Of a stretch of 64,000 bases of DNA, positions 1 through 15,075 are shown in pieces (position 1 is the first letter of the stretch; each line of letters begins with the position of its first letter). Under the pieces are notes generated by a model. That model ran no database searches, was not told the DNA's origin, and worked only from the letters and a program-made list of their open reading frames with translations. Origin of the DNA: Lophium mytilinum. Lineage: Eukaryota. The position numbers and the translations under genes are program-made. The DNA is taken from the NCBI GenBank assembly GCA_010093605.1, contig MU004185.1:145334-209333 (forward strand). The letters run 5' to 3'.

Positions 1-329
1 ATTAAGAAGCGTAATAAATATAATAGTATTTTAGAGTATTTTCTAAATTAAGTAGAAAGGTTATAAATAGATAGCGTCTAAATTAGCTATAGAGTAGCAT
101 ATAAATGTATTATACTATCTTAAAACTAACCTAACTTATCTCTATATCTAATTAGCTATAGTGTTAGTAGTATATTAAAATATAGGTAGCTAGAAAGGGC
201 TTAGTATTAGTAAGTATATACTTTTCTACCTATTTTCTTTTAGCTAGTATGTATATATAGCACTAAATTATACTACTATAGACCTATAGTGCACTCTAAT
301 TTATAGGCTGCTCTATTTAAATCTCTTTA

Positions 330-3300
330 TTAGAAATATAAGTAAGATTAGACGCATACTATCTACTAATATTCTGCGGTCTAGATTAGAATAGTAGAAT
401 AGAGAGTTCTTGCAACCTTTCTATACCTTATAATATATAAGAATATTACTAATAATATATATAGGCCTATAGAGTATTAGCGCTGCTATATAAATATTTA
501 CCTATATAATACTATAGTTTATATTACTAATACTTAGGCCTTAAATTATATTTAAGGCTTATACTACTAATATCTAAGCCTTATAGTAAGTATATAGTTA
601 AGTAGATTATATTAATATTAAAAATAGGCAGTCTATAGTAGACCTACTATAGATATAGTATACTTATTAACGCGGCGATTATAGGTATATTATAGAAGTA
701 GAAGTTAAAATAGTTTATTTTATAATGTCTACTATAGAACTATATATACTATATAATTAGTGCATTTAGTAGTTACCTTAGTACTAATAGTCCCTTAGTT
801 TTTCTTCTTTTTTAGTATACTTTATATAACCTTATATATAAACTTATTATTATTAACTATATAGAACTAAGCTAGTATATCTACCGGGTTATTACCCCCT
901 ATATAGGCGAGAATAATGCTATATATTCTATTAGACCTCTAGTTCTTCTACTATACTCTAGATATAATCTATATCTTAAGGCTAGATATAGTCTATAGCT
1001 CTATAACTATTACGCACGTGCATTAAAAAGTAAAGTTAGAGCCTTCTACTCCTCTAGTCTTCCGGTTCGCAACTAGAATATTAACAGCCGCTAGATTATC
1101 TTAATTACGCTTAAAGCCGGTATTAAATTACTTCTATTACTTAACTATTAGTAATAAATATAACTATATAAGCTTTTTAGTTAGTATAGTCTTTATAATT
1201 ATCTAGTATTAATTATATTAGTTTATTAGATAATAATTACTAATTATAGATAGAGATAGGTGGCAACTTATAATATAGATAACTAAATTAACTATAGGCT
1301 TCTTACTAATAATTAGTATCTTCTTCTTCTTAGCTTAAATGTATTAAACTATGCTTCTAATTTTCTTTAGCTTTCCTAAATTAGCTAGTAGATTAGTATA
1401 CTATTTAGTAAGGGTACTCTCTAAGTCTATATAATCTATCTAGCCTATATTTTTAATATCTTCTAGAGTAAAGATTAGGTTACTTATTAAGCTAAGCTCT
1501 TTCTATTATGTCTTTAACTTAGCCAGCCTAGAAATTAATGTAAAAATCCAGGGCAGCCTCCCCTTACCTAAGCCCGTTAGAAAGGCGCCTAGGCTAAAGA
1601 AAGGCGGCGGCTTATTAATTACTACTTTATACCTTAGCTATTCTTTATACTCTTCTTTAAGGTCTATATATCTCTCTCTAATAACTATATAGTACTTCTT
1701 AATAAAGAGTTTAAAGCGGTTAGGTATACTAACTATTACCTGCTATATAATATAGAGCGGCATATCCCCTAAAAAAAGGCTATCTAGGCTAAGGCTTATT
1801 AGTATTCTATAGATACTTATAGCTATAATTATATCTAATACTCTCTAGAGACGCCTAGATAATTTAGAATTATTCTATAGTTACCGCTCTTTCTCTATTT
1901 TTAAGGTAAGATAGTAACCTCTAGCCCCTATAAGGTCTCCTTAATTAATACGCCGGAGGGTAGGGCCTTAATAAAGAATATTAAACTTATCCCCTTTATT
2001 TATATTCTCTTTCTCTAACTCCTTATCTAGAAGAGTATTATTCGGGTTATCTTTAATATTAGCGTCTAAATTAGTTAAGTCCGCTATCTAAGTTAGCGTC
2101 TATAAACCTCTATATAGTATAACTATTAGATATAATAGAGTTTTAGGGCCGTAGAGAAAAGAAGTCCTACTATAGAATAAGCCTCTAGGGTAGCTATATA
2201 GATTAGCAGCCTTATTAAACCCTTTTAAGTTCTAGCTCTAATAAACCTAATTAAGCGCACGGTTAATATTCGCCTATTTGCGCGTAGTTAGGCGGAATAT
2301 ATACTAATACTACATGGACTTAATATAGCTAAAAGCTATAATATATAGAGATATATTATTAAATTCTAGATAGAACTTATTAAAAAAAACAGCCCTATAT
2401 ATATACGTGGGGGTTACTTTATTACTATATAATAGGTTATAGAATATTATAAAGGTCTCTAGTAAGTTTAAATTCTTATTATATTTTTTATTAAAGGTCT
2501 CCGCGCTTATAATAATAAGGTAGGTTTTTACTCTTAGATTTAGCTTATACTACACCTAACTATTTATTTCTTAGTAGATAGGCCTAAGGTTCTTCTAGTC
2601 TTTAAAGGTAAAGTTACCCTCTATAATACTTCTATATACACACCAGATATAAAGTCTTCCACTAGGGACCTTAAAATCCTTATTCTTATATTTAATATCT
2701 AGCTAGTATTTTACCTTCTTATAGGTCTAATTTAGTAGACTCTTCTTAGTAAGCTAAATAATATAGCCTTTAACACTACTAGAACGCAGAGTATTAGTAC
2801 TAGCCTCTCTAGTATAAGTAGTAAATACTATTAATATTTATAGAGTTTTTCCTATCCTAGGGGGGTCTATAAAAATTAGCCTACACGCTCTACTAGTAAG
2901 ACCTTAGATAATACTATATATCCCAGCCACCTAGTATAGGGCCACATGCATCTTTAGGTTAGTAGTTATTTCTAGCAGCTTAAAGGTTATATTACTAGAA
3001 AAATTCCTATATATTAGAGATAAACTAAAAAACTATAGCACCTTCTTAAATACTACTACTAAGATATTCTTTATAGAGCTTAATATTAGGGCTATTATAG
3101 TAGTAATATTAATAGTATCTATCTTCTCTATATTAGCTATAATTATCTTATTTATATCTATAGAGGGTCTAGTCTTACTAAGACTATATATATTAAATTT
3201 AAGCATAGCCACAATATTAATACTACTAATTACTATATCCCCCACAACTTAGGTATTACTAGAGATAGTCTAGCCACTCTCTATAGTAACTATAAGCGCA

Positions 3301-5234
3301 TAGAGTTATTTTTAGGTAGTTAAATACTAAATAGTTCTAGGTTTAAGCGCCCTAAGCTACTATATAACCTTATTATAGATAATACTAGGCTAAATAGAAT
3401 TATATATTAACTTAGTATATAGCTAGATAATATTAAGTATCTATTAAATTAGTTACACTTTCTTCTCTATTTATAGCTTCTATACCTTCTTCTCTACTAG
3501 TAGTTTCTACTTTCTTTATTTCTCTTACTCTACCATCTCTTCTAGCTATTTCTACCTCTTTACTTTCTCTTTAGTTATAGTCTTAGCTAGCTCTCTCTCC
3601 TTCTATTCTATCTACTTCTTAGCCTTCTCTACTATTACTATATCTACTAGCTCTCTCTCCTTTATCTCTTTCTTCTTTATCTCTTTCTTCTTTCTTTCTT
3701 TCTCTACTTTTACTATTTCTACTAGCGCTTTCTCTACTAGCGCTTTCTCCACCAGCTCTTTCTCCACCAACTCTTTCTTCTTCTTCTCTTTCTCTTTCTT
3801 TTCTCTTTCTACTTTCACTATTTCTACCAGCTCTTTCTTCTTTTTTTCTTTCTCTTCTTTTACTATATCTACTAGCTATTTCTACTTCTCTTCTTTATTC
3901 TACTCTATAGTAGAATTAACCCTATCTATATTAGCTATATATATATCTAGACTTATAGTTAAGTTAATAATTATTTTATCTAGAGTGTTAGCGGCGGTAG
4001 GTTTAGATAGACTCTTAGCCGCGGCAGCCTTAGGCTTACTATAGCGGGGGCGTTTCTTAGCCGGGCAGATACTAGAGGGCAGGGACTTAAAAAAGTACAG
4101 ACCTAGCTATATATTAGTTAGTAGTAATATTTAATAATTAATAATAATTAATATATATCTAGTCTTAAGTTTAGATATTACCTTTTTAATATTAAGGCCC
4201 TTTACTATAAAACTAAGTACTATCTCTTTAAATATACTCTTTATTTTCTCTAATAGCGTAGTTAGATAGAAGTTATTCTCTATTAACTTCTAGGTTCTAT
4301 TAACTATAATAATATACTCTAGAGGGTTAAAGTTTATAAAAGTTCTATTAATAGCTTCTAGAAACTTTATAAAGCTATAGTTTTCTAGCTCTAGGCCTTT
4401 ACTACTAGATCTTATAAAATAGAGAGTAAAAAGGCATCTAGTACTTTTCTACTGCGGTAGCTAGTATATTATAGTAAGAACCGCGTATAATAGCTAGGGC
4501 TTAAATAGAGTATTTTAGGTAGTAATATCTAGGAATTTTATTAGAGAGCTAAGGCCTGCTAATATAACTAACTTTATAGATAAGGCTAACTTAGACTACT
4601 TCTACTTCTTATTACTTTTAATAATACTACCCTATATTTTATATTTCTTATAAACTTTATACTAGATTAATATTTAATATACTTACTTCTACTTAGCTAA
4701 TATAGAAGACTTTTTAAATATATAACTCTATATATCTATAAAAAGTATATATATTTTAAACTAAGTATCTAAGTAGGCGTTATTTTTACTATAGTTATTT
4801 TAGCCTAGTTATAAAAGATATTTTACCTATAGATATACTTTAGAGTTCTCTATTAGTATAAATAAGTTAGCTTCTATCTAGCGCTATACTTTAGAAGCTA
4901 GACCTAAGCTAGCTATAATATTTATTTAACTTAAGTAGCCTTTAGAGTTCTTAGTAAAATTAAATACTATCTTACTCTATATAAATATATTATATAGCAG
5001 GTCTACTAGAAGTATTATAGCCTTTCCCTAAGTAGGTTTAGAGTATTAGTAGCTACTGCAGGGAGGCTAGCGGCTATAGTAGTTATCTAGCTTATCTAGC
5101 TTTAAATTACTATTATAGTCTACTTAACTAGAGTCTATACTTAATAACTATTTATCTAGGTTAAACTTCTTATTATTTTAATTATTAGGGAGGCGTTATT
5201 AGTAACTAGTGCGTTAACCTAATTCTTTAGCCAT
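330..5234 (-). pseudogene. RIP-inactivated SNF2/SWI2-family (SF2) ATPase/helicase gene with N-terminal K/E-rich coiled-coil region; 3' end approximate
   Basis: The minus strand reads ...ALY*VAGI... (Q-motif-like LHQVAG, ~2,930), then LIFIDPPRIGKTL*IL (de-RIP ~ADPPGMGKTLQ, Walker A, ~2,839-2,870). Next come YLIIISAETF (~2,500), AVFFNKFY (de-RIP VFFDEFH, Walker B, 2,370-2,390) and an SGT-like motif near 2,165. Candidate start ATG GCT AAA at 5,234. GT..AG intron-like segments at ~4,110-4,180 and ~4,635-4,690. K/E-rich repeats at 3,480-3,900. Confidence 0.7.
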
Positions 5235-7241
5235 GTTAGGTAAATAAAATAAGAAGTTAGAGTATAAGAAAGGTAGATAAAAGGGGGTAGAGTTAGTAGA
5301 TAGAATAGCGTTATATAGTAATGCGGGCAAGGGTAGGTAGAAGGCTAATAATATTAGATAAATAGTAATAGTAAGTAATAAGTAAGGTAGTTACTTACCT
5401 ATAAAGTTATAATAGTAAACGCTACTTATAGTATAATTAACCTTAGAATTACGCGCATTAAAAAATAAGGTAACTATAATAGAAGATATATAAATCCGCG
5501 CGCGCTAGTAATAGAAGTAGCTACTCTTAGTTATACTTTTAAATAGGTATAATATCTATTAAAGAAGTACTTATAGAGTAGTACTAGAAATATAGTAAAT
5601 ATAAATAAGTCTAAGGTATAGAGAAGAAAGTTAGCATATAAGGGAGAAAGAAGAAGAAGAAGAAAAAGAGAGAAGAAAGAGATAGAGGAGGAGGAGGATA
5701 AGAGAGGAAAGATAGATAAGAATAGTAGATAAGAATTAGAATTAAAAGGCTAGATAGAAGATAAAGTTTAAAGTAGCGTATAATTAAGTGTATAATTAGT
5801 AAATAGGCTATATTATAATATAATAGAAGTAAAGAGTTATATAGCTTAAAAAACTCTACTACCTAATAATTAGTAATAATTAGCCTTTACCTTAATATTT
5901 ATCTATACCTATTAGCTTTTAGTAATACTTAATAGATTAGTAATAACTTCTATCTAATATTACCTTCTACTTACCTAGGTTAGTTAATATAGAGAGGAAG
6001 GCTAATTTCTATATATAGGTGCCCCCCTCTATTATTTAAGTTAGTATTATAAGCTTTACTAGATTAGTAGCTAATAGATTAAGATTCTTAGAATAGAAAG
6101 AAAAGTTAGCTATAGCTACCTAAGGAGGTACTATACTACTTATTATTACCTAAGCTACTACGCGCCTCTCTACCTTTAATAGTAGCTTATTATCTACTAA
6201 AGTTACGCCCTATAAGCTAGTAGGTAGTAGTACTAATTTATATATCTTTTTACTATCTACTCTTTTTATAAGTATTACTAATTTAGCTTATACCGCGGAA
6301 TAGCTTACTTACCTACTTTCTCTTTTACTAAATAAGTACTTTTACTCTCTAGCCCCTCTACTAGCGCGCACACCGCCTTTATATAGAGAACGCCTACTTT
6401 AACCTATCTAGAAAAACTAGTATTACCTACCTATATATTTATTATACTTCTTATCTACTTACTTACTTCCGCTAGTACTAGGCTAACTATAGTCTATATT
6501 TAACTAGCCTATATATCTCTCTCTTTTATAGCTTTTTACTACTTTAGGCGGCGCTTTCTAGAGGCTCTACTTAGTAGTTCCCGCTCTCTCTTTATTTCTT
6601 ATAGCTCGCGCTCTAATAACTAGATTAGCGCGCTTCTTTTTATAGATTTAGCCTTTCTAGAAGTAGTAGAATTATATAGTTATATTTTATAGGCTACGCC
6701 TCTAGAATATATATAGATTAGTAATACTTAGATTTATCTATTATAGTATACTATAAGGCTAACCCTTAAGTATAGCTTAAAATTAGTAGAGGTAGGTTAG
6801 AAGTAGATAAGAAAGATAATAGGGTAATACTTAGATATTTAGAGAACTAATTAACTACTATATAGTATCTATATTCTACTAGGTAATTTAGCTATTAAAT
6901 ACGCGTTTAGATAAAAGTCTCTTAATATAACTAATATCTTACTAGATGTAATAGTACTTAGTTTTAATCTAATTATTAGCCTAATATTATACTAGCCTTA
7001 ACTCTAACCCTCTAGAAGGTAGCTACTACTATAGTAACTTATACCTTCTATAATAATAGCTAATATACTACTAGCATATATTAGACTAAAGCCCTAAACT
7101 CTTCTAATAATCTACTTACTATTAAATTACAGCCTCTTCTCTAACCCTAACTATTTTATTTAGAATATAAGCGTATCTACCTATACTAATACTAACTAAC
7201 TATTTAAATATATTAGGCCTAATAGTAATATATAGTCTAGA

Positions 7242-7483
7242 TGTTATAGTTATAGTATAGAGAAGCTAAGTAGTATAAGGTAACTAGGTAGGTTAATTTT
7301 AAGAGGTTATATAAGGAGTAGAAAGAAAGGCTTCTAGGTAGAAACTATATATATAGAGAAGAGAGGCGCGTAGGCGCTAGGCAGGCTAGCGCGTAGGCGG
7401 CGTAAGGTAATGTAATAGGTATAGAGGCAGGAGGCCGGTAACAGGTAAATATATAACTAGAGGATAGGGCGTAATCTATTATA
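7242..7483 (-). repeat. 3' LTR (242 bp)
   Basis: Runs TGTTATAGTT...CTATTATA and is a direct repeat of 15,076-15,317 with about 16 differences, all transitions. Confidence 0.95.
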
Positions 7484-7497
7484 CTACCCCCCCGTTT
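7484..7497 (-). other. Polypurine tract of the LTR element
   Basis: Plus-strand CTACCCCCCCGTTT (minus AAACGGGGGGGTAG) immediately abuts the 3' LTR. Confidence 0.85.
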
Positions 7498-10400
7498 AAG
7501 AACGCTAGAAGAAAATAAAAAGAAAAAGGAAAAGAAAAAGAAATAGTATTATAGGCCGTGTCGGGTTTAAATATAAGGGCATAAATAGTTATCCGGTATA
7601 GTAAATTATATAGTATAGTTTAGCTAATTATTAGTTATATACTAATATATAAGAAGCTAGTATACTTAAGGCGTTACTTATAAGGGCTTTCCCGTTATAA
7701 CGGCTTAGCCTACTTTATACAGCTAAGAATTCTAATCTTATTATAGTTATTATATATAAAGTTATAATAAACTATATAAGGCTATTTTTAATTATAGTAT
7801 AGAGATATAGCGAGGTAATTATATAAAGATAAGAATATAGCTTATAGTAGAGTAATTATAATTATAAATAGTTAGTAGTATAGAGGTTATAAGCGGTGTT
7901 ATTATTATTAGTAAGGCGTGCGCGCTAATTATTATTTAGTTTAAAGTCTAGATAAGGGCCGTTAGCGTCCGGGTTAAGGTTATAGAATTTACTAATTAGA
8001 TCCGTAGCTTTAGGTATAAACTATTTCTATAGTTACTATTTCTATAGTGTAGAGTATCCTTTATAGAGTCCTTTATATTTAAGGTAGCGGCGTTCTTTTA
8101 GCCCGCGGCCGCGCCACCGGCTATTAATAATGCGTGTAATTGTGTATTATTTAACTAATTTAGAGGTAATAGAATTAATTACCTAAACGGGAGGTAGCAG
8201 TGGCTAGCGTTAGCCTAGTAGTAGACAGGACCTATCTAGGTAGAGTAGGTATAGGTGGAAGACGGGGTGCGTTTAAGAGCCTTTAAGGCTTATATTTATA
8301 AAGTTAAGTTAGAAGGCGTAGCCCTTATTAATAATCTTTATAATACGGAAAGAACTAAGATTCTTATAATTAAGTAACTTATTTAGGCGGGTTATCTTTA
8401 CATTATAGGCGTTAAGCTATACCTAATTATTAACTTAGAGCTTTAGTAGAGGATTATAATATTAGTTTATATAGTCTACTTATTTAGTTTATACCTATAT
8501 TATTATAGCCTTGCATTTATTTAATATATCTTTTATTTAATTAACGTGCTTATTACCTTTAAGCTATTAACGGTAAATAATAGTATTAGTGCTAAGAATA
8601 GGTATAGGAATAGGTTTAGCGTTATTAGTAACTCTAGATAGGGGTTCTAGACCTAAGCGCGGATGGAAACCTTTATTAATAAAGAACGGGGTCATTATAG
8701 TAGAGGTGTTAACTTAGTTATTTACTAAGAATTCCCTAATAGGCAAGTAGTTAACCTAGTTATTCTAGCGGTAATTAATAAACTGCCTAAGATAGGCTTT
8801 TATAATAGTGTTCGCATTTTCTATTTATCTATTAGTTTTAGGGTAGGCGGCTATAGAAATATTCTAGTAGACGCTAATGCGCTTATAAACTTATTTCTAA
8901 ATATCTAAGATAAAGCGCGGATTATAGTTGCTAATAATAATACGGGGGAGGCTATAGAGACGGTAGATCTTATAGAGAAAGGCGTTAATAATATTATAGA
9001 TAGAGGTGCTGCTTATAGAGATATAGTAATATTTCTTACTAGCATAATAGATAATAATAAGAATTTTAGTGTAGATTTAACTATTATGCTTATAGGGAGG
9101 AAGCTCTATAATAAAGTCTATAGTAATATTAGTCTAACATTATTCTAGTATATTAAGTAAACGTAGAAGTTCTTATTTCTTATTGCGGAAGGCTTTTAAT
9201 TATTTATAGCTATAGTAGGCGCTTATATAGTCTTTAATAGAGTTGCATATACCTAGCTAAAAGTAGTAACATTAAATAAGTTTATATATACTATATTTTT
9301 CTAGGTATCCGCTAATAGTAGTATTATAGGTAAGCTGTAAGAGCTTAAGGCGTAAGTTATTATATATAGGTATATATAATTAGCTGTAGTAATATAGTTA
9401 ATTGCGGCGGACTTTAAATTCTAAGATGTCTAGGTTACTAATAATATCGCGTAGAGATTAAGGGAGCGCGCGCTTACTATTATATATAAGGGTAATAAGT
9501 TTATAAAGTATAGAATTAAATAGCGGCTCTAGTAAGTTTTATAGCGGGCTAAAATAGCCTTTATTAAATAGCTTAGTAAGTGTGCGCTAATAGACTAGAT
9601 CGGGCTCTATATAGAGATTATTATTATTTATAGGGGGTAGTTTAATTACAAGAGAAGAATTAGGTTTAAAGTAAGGGTTAGAGTTAGGGTTAGAGTTAGG
9701 GTTAGAGTTAGAGTTAGGGTTAATATTATTATTACGCGCGTAGCTATATAGCGTTATAGGTGCTAGAAGAAATTAAGAGTATATCTTTAACGGTGGCGAC
9801 TCTATAGCTAGTAATAGGTCTAACTCTTTATAGTAAGGCACTAGCTTAATTAGATTTAGCGTGTAGCCTGGGCCGTTATCGGGTAAGCTTATATTAATAA
9901 TATTTAGTAAATGTATTAGTATAACTCCTAGGCCTAAGTTATAAGATTTAAGGACTGTCTAGTATTAGAATTAATTGCGGGGGTTATCTAGATTAGTAGA
10001 AAGGTCTTATAATCTTCTTATAAGGCTATCTAGTTTTCCTCTAAGAATACCGGGTTAATAGATAATCTTAAAGTTAAATCCGGCGAGGAACCTAGCCTAG
10101 CGGGCTTAGTGATAATTAAGGTATTTAGTTAATATAAAATACTTAAGATTATAATAATCTATAAGTATATCTATAGGGTTATCTAGATTAGTACTTACTA
10201 GTTTAGGGCGCTATTCTTTAAAGGCTTTAACTATAGTAAGCAGTTTCTTATTATAGATTTTATAGTTACATTCCTAGGGGCTTATTTTAGATAAGAAGAA
10301 GGCGATAGAGTAGAGTAGGCCGTCCTCCCCTACTTAAGATATAACGCTAGTAATAACGTAGTTAGAAGCGTTAGTTTTAATATAGACCTTCTTACCGTAT

Positions 10401-13400
10401 TAAAAGTAATATAGAATAGGTATAGTAGTAAACGCTATCTTAAGCGCTTAGAAGGCTTTATTATATTTAGTGTTCTAAGTAAACTACGCTTTAAGCTTAG
10501 TTTTCTTACTGTCTATAGTCTTTATTATAGACGTAAGTAGGCTAATAATATAAAAGAATACGTGTATAAAATATTAATAAAAGTTAGTAAATCCTAAGAA
10601 CGCTTATACATTGCGCAGGCATGTTAGTATCTTCTAGTTAATAATAGTAGTAACTTTGTCTAGGTTTATCTAGACGCCGCCTGTTATAATAATAAGGCCT
10701 AGGTATTTAATCTCTATCTTATTAAATTCGCACTTAGTAAAGTTATAGTTAAGGCCGGCTTTATTAAGCTATTTAAGGACTTTAGCTACATGTTCTTTAT
10801 ATTATTCTTTAGTGCTATTTATATAAACTAAGACATTATCTATATAAGTAGAGTAGAAATTATCTAGATAGTTATATAATATTTAGTTAATATAGAACTA
10901 AAAACGTCTAGAGCCCCTAGTAACGCTAAATAGTATAATAAGTAATTTATATTAGCTCTATTAGGTAGAGAAGGCTATTAGGCCTTTATTACCTTCGCGC
11001 ATTTAAATATAGTTAAAGGCGGAAATAATATTAAGCTTAGAGTACTATTTAGTATTACTAAGCTTTTATAAGGTTTCTTAAACTAATAGTAGTAGGTATT
11101 AAGTTTTAATTATTATTTTATTAACGGCTCTATAGTTAATATAGAATTAGACTCCTCTATCTAGTTTTTAGACTAGAAGTATAGGAGAGGATATAGATAA
11201 TTATAATTTACGTATAAACCCTTTATTAAGGTTATTATTAATCTATTTCTTAATAACCTTAAGTTCTTCTTTAGATATAGTGTAAGGGCGGGCTTTAGGT
11301 AGTTTATTAGCGCTAGAAAGGAGGTTAATTTTATAATTAATTCCTGGGTAATAAGGGGGAAGCGTATTTACTTTAGCTTAGTTAAAGATATAAATATAGC
11401 AACGTAGTCGCTTTAGAAGTTATTTAATTATCTCTTTATAGAAGAGGTATATCTTAGCGCGTATAAACTTTTTAATATCTTTAGCGGTAATTTTATAGGC
11501 TTTAAGTAGGATGTTATTATCTATATAGAAGGCGATAACTTGCAAGCCGTTATAAGTAATAATAAAATTCTTATTCTTATTTTCTAAGGTTTCTAGAATA
11601 TAATAAGGAATTTATTCTAGTTTCTATTCTTTATACTTAGTAATAGAGGCTATATATACGCAGGCGTCTGCACTAATAGGTTTCTAGTCTATAAGGTTAT
11701 AGTAGTTATTAGGTATATTATAGAAATATATACTATTTATCTAAATAGTAATAGAGTCGCAATTAAAATAATATATATAGCTATTATAAGGTTTACAGCG
11801 TAAATAGATAAAGTCTAGGCGTCCGGCTTTCTAATTAATTGCTAGGTTATAGTCCTAAAGCTAGTTAAGGCTAAGAATAATATTATAGTCTCCTAGATCT
11901 ATAATATAGGCCTAGTAATAACTTTAGTAGCCGTTTATATCTATACTTAAGAGGGCTTTATATATTACTTTTTAGGTAATAGCTAAGCTATCTATAAGTT
12001 CTAGAACTTGGGCTTTCTTAAGGGGTTTTAAGGGTAAATTTACTAAGTGCGCGAACTTAGTACTAGTAAAGAGATTAGTAGCTCTATAATTAAGATAAGA
12101 ATTAATTTTTATTATTTCTATAGGTTGTTCTTTCTTATAGGTTTATACTATCGCTAAAAGAACTATATTATTTACCTGCTTAACGTTAAATTCTCTATCT
12201 TTATTTTAAAATAGTTTCTATTAAGCTTTACTAAGAGAGGCTACTAAAATAATAAGCCTTCTATACTAAAGATTTTCTATAACTAAGTTCTTATTATATT
12301 ATAGACCGCAACTATAGTCTACAACCTTACTTTTCCCTAGGGGCCCTTACCTTTAGAGTAGCTAGAGGCGCGCTTATTATTAAGGGTTTTATAGTTATTA
12401 AAGCTGTTATTGTTATCTAAGAGTTCTTTAACGCGGGTAGCATAATTATTAAGATAGGGTGCTAAATCTATCTAATAAGTGCTAAAGCTAAGTTTATTAA
12501 GTTAGTTTATAGGGTAGTATAGGTTTTAGGTAAAGTATTTAAAAAGATAGTAGCGGAAGCATTTACTATTCTTTATAAGCGCTTCTCTATTACCTTTATA
12601 AAGCTTATTAGGGGGTACCTAGTTAAAAGAAGGGGTAATTTTAATATCCTCTTATATTATAGAGGCAGCAGCGGTAGTTAAGAGGTGTAGAGTATAGTTA
12701 TAGTTATAATTATAATTATAGTTACGGCGATTACTATTATAGTAGTTATAGTTATTGCAGTTATAGTTATTATAGTCGCGACTATCGCAATTAAAGCCTT
12801 AGGGCTAGTTGTAGTTAAAGTTTCTAAAGCTATAGTTAGTAGGTTGCGCATTTTTATTAATACTATTATTATAGAGCTATTTACGTGCAGCATTAATATA
12901 CTATAGGCTAGTAGTAAAGCTTTTACCTAAAATAGCACTAGTAATAATATCTAGGCGAAGTTTCTACTTAAGGTTATAGACGTTATTATAGCCTCTATAG
13001 CCTAGAAGGTAGATTATATATAACTTTATTAGCTTCTATATTTAATTAGGTATTATACCGCTTATCTAGATAAGCTTATAAAGCTTATTCTTAGTAGTAC
13101 TAATCTTATTAGGGTTATTATATTAGAAGTCTAAGGATATAATAGCTTCTTAGATAGTAAGAAAGGGCTAGTAGCTATCTTACTAGGCACGGAAGCCTTT
13201 AAGGGGTATACCTATAAGTTGCTTACTAAGGTAGGTAAGGCGTAAGAGTTTACTAGATCTTATAGCGTAGCTACTATAGTTAACTTTATTTAGAAATCTA
13301 TAATAGAACTTAGGGTACTTATCTTTATTATCTCTAAACTTATCTAGGTAGAGCTAGAACTTATCTTCTATATAAGGGACTTTATTTAGGGTAATACTAA

Positions 13401-15075
13401 GGTTTTAATAATCTTTAGACGTCTTAATATAGAGGTCTTAGTAATAGTAATAGCTCGCGTTTTATAAGCGTAAGCGTAAATATAAGTATAAGTACTAATA
13501 AGAGTAACGCTTATAGAAGTAATTATAATAATAAGATAGACTATATATGCAGTTGCGGCGACGAGGGGGGCTTCTATTATTAGATAAGGGCGGGCTAAAG
13601 TTATAGCAACCGCGTATATAGTCTAAGGTGCGGTAAGCTTAATTATTATTACTTACGTGCTCTATAGTATAGCAAGGTTAATTAGTATCGCGGCTTACTA
13701 AGGGGCTATTATTAGCTTGCGCTTCTTTTAATTTAATTACTCTATTAAGGGAGGTAAGTAGATCTTTAGCTGCTATAGTAATAGGGTTAATAAAAGGTGT
13801 AATAGGGTAGTATAGATAGAGTACTACCGGGGGCGTTATTATAGAAGGGGCTTCTATAGGCGCAGGTATAGAAGTATATTAAAGTATCTATAGTATTTTA
13901 ATTTTATTTTCTAAAGCGGTAAGGCGCATATTATATTTATACTTATTCTTAGCGGCTTAGGTAAGGTTAGCTATAAGGCGTTTTATAATCTTTTCTTACT
14001 CTATAGACTACTTATTAGCTTAGATATAGTTCTTCTACTAGGCTTTAACGTCTATATTAAGAGAAGTAATAGTCTTATTAAAAGAAGCTACTATCTCTTT
14101 ATAAGTGCGGAGTTTATTTTTACATTCTTCTAGTTTAGTTTTAATATTAAGTAGGCGTTTAAGTTTCTTATACGCCGCTTTTAAGTTATTATTCTTTTTA
14201 TTATATTTGTCTTTAAGGACTCTAATTTTATCCTAGAGTTTATGCTGCACTTTCTAGTTATCCTTGCATATTTACTAGAGGATTTTAGTTATAGCTTAAT
14301 AGCTCTTAAGAATATAGAAGAAGTAGATAGAGTTAGCTTAGACTTGCGCAAGGAAGTCCTAAGAGTCCGCGATTTTAATTAAACTGTTAAACTAGTTATT
14401 ACCGGGCAGGAGTAAATAATCTAGAAATTTAGTAACGTTATTAATAGCGTTAAGAAATATACCCCAGTTGCAGCCCCGGCTAGAAGTATAGTACTTAGTA
14501 ATAGAGCTGTAGATTATTAAATCCGGGGTATATATAAGATTATTAATGTTATTATCTTTAGTAGCGTCTTTATCTTAGGTAAGCTAGTTCTCTTAGGTAA
14601 GCTAATTCTCTTTCTTCTATATAGCCTGCTAAGTATTATCTATATATATTATTTAGGTAGACTATTAGGTGTCTTCTTTAGTTAGCTTTTAAAGGGGCGC
14701 GCTCTTTAGAGTCTTATAAGAAGATTTAGAGAGTGCGCAGGACTATATATAGAATAGTAGAAAGTAGAAAGATAGTTATAAGCTACTGCGCCTAGAATAT
14801 CTAGGTTCTAGGTTATTAGTAGAGGCTCTAGCGCCTAGTAGAGGCGGTAGATTACTTATTATAAAGTTTATAGTAATAGCGCTTAGTAAGGTAAGGTAGC
14901 ACTTAGTAAGGTAAAGTAGTATAGCTATATACCCTTTTAGTATTATATATATAGTTATATAGATACGCGAACTTAAGCTATTAAATAGCTTAGTAAATAA
15001 GGATTAAGGTTTAAGGTTTAAGGTAGTAATAGTAAAAAAGAATTAGTGCTAGTTAGAGTATTAAATACAACCTAA

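Noticed and set aside
3033..3818. Short ORFs 3,033-3,245 and 3,612-3,818
   Set aside because: Stop-free fragments of the RIPed SNF2-like gene, not independent genes.
9674..9722. TTAGGG/TTAGAG telomere-like repeats
   Set aside because: They lie inside Gypsy pol between RNase H and integrase. On the coding strand they read NPNSNSNP, most simply a RIPed DPDS linker, not an interstitial telomere.
12678..12893. Hydrophobic I/T-rich ORF resembling a membrane peptide
   Set aside because: RIP artefact of a low-complexity region inside the Gypsy gag.
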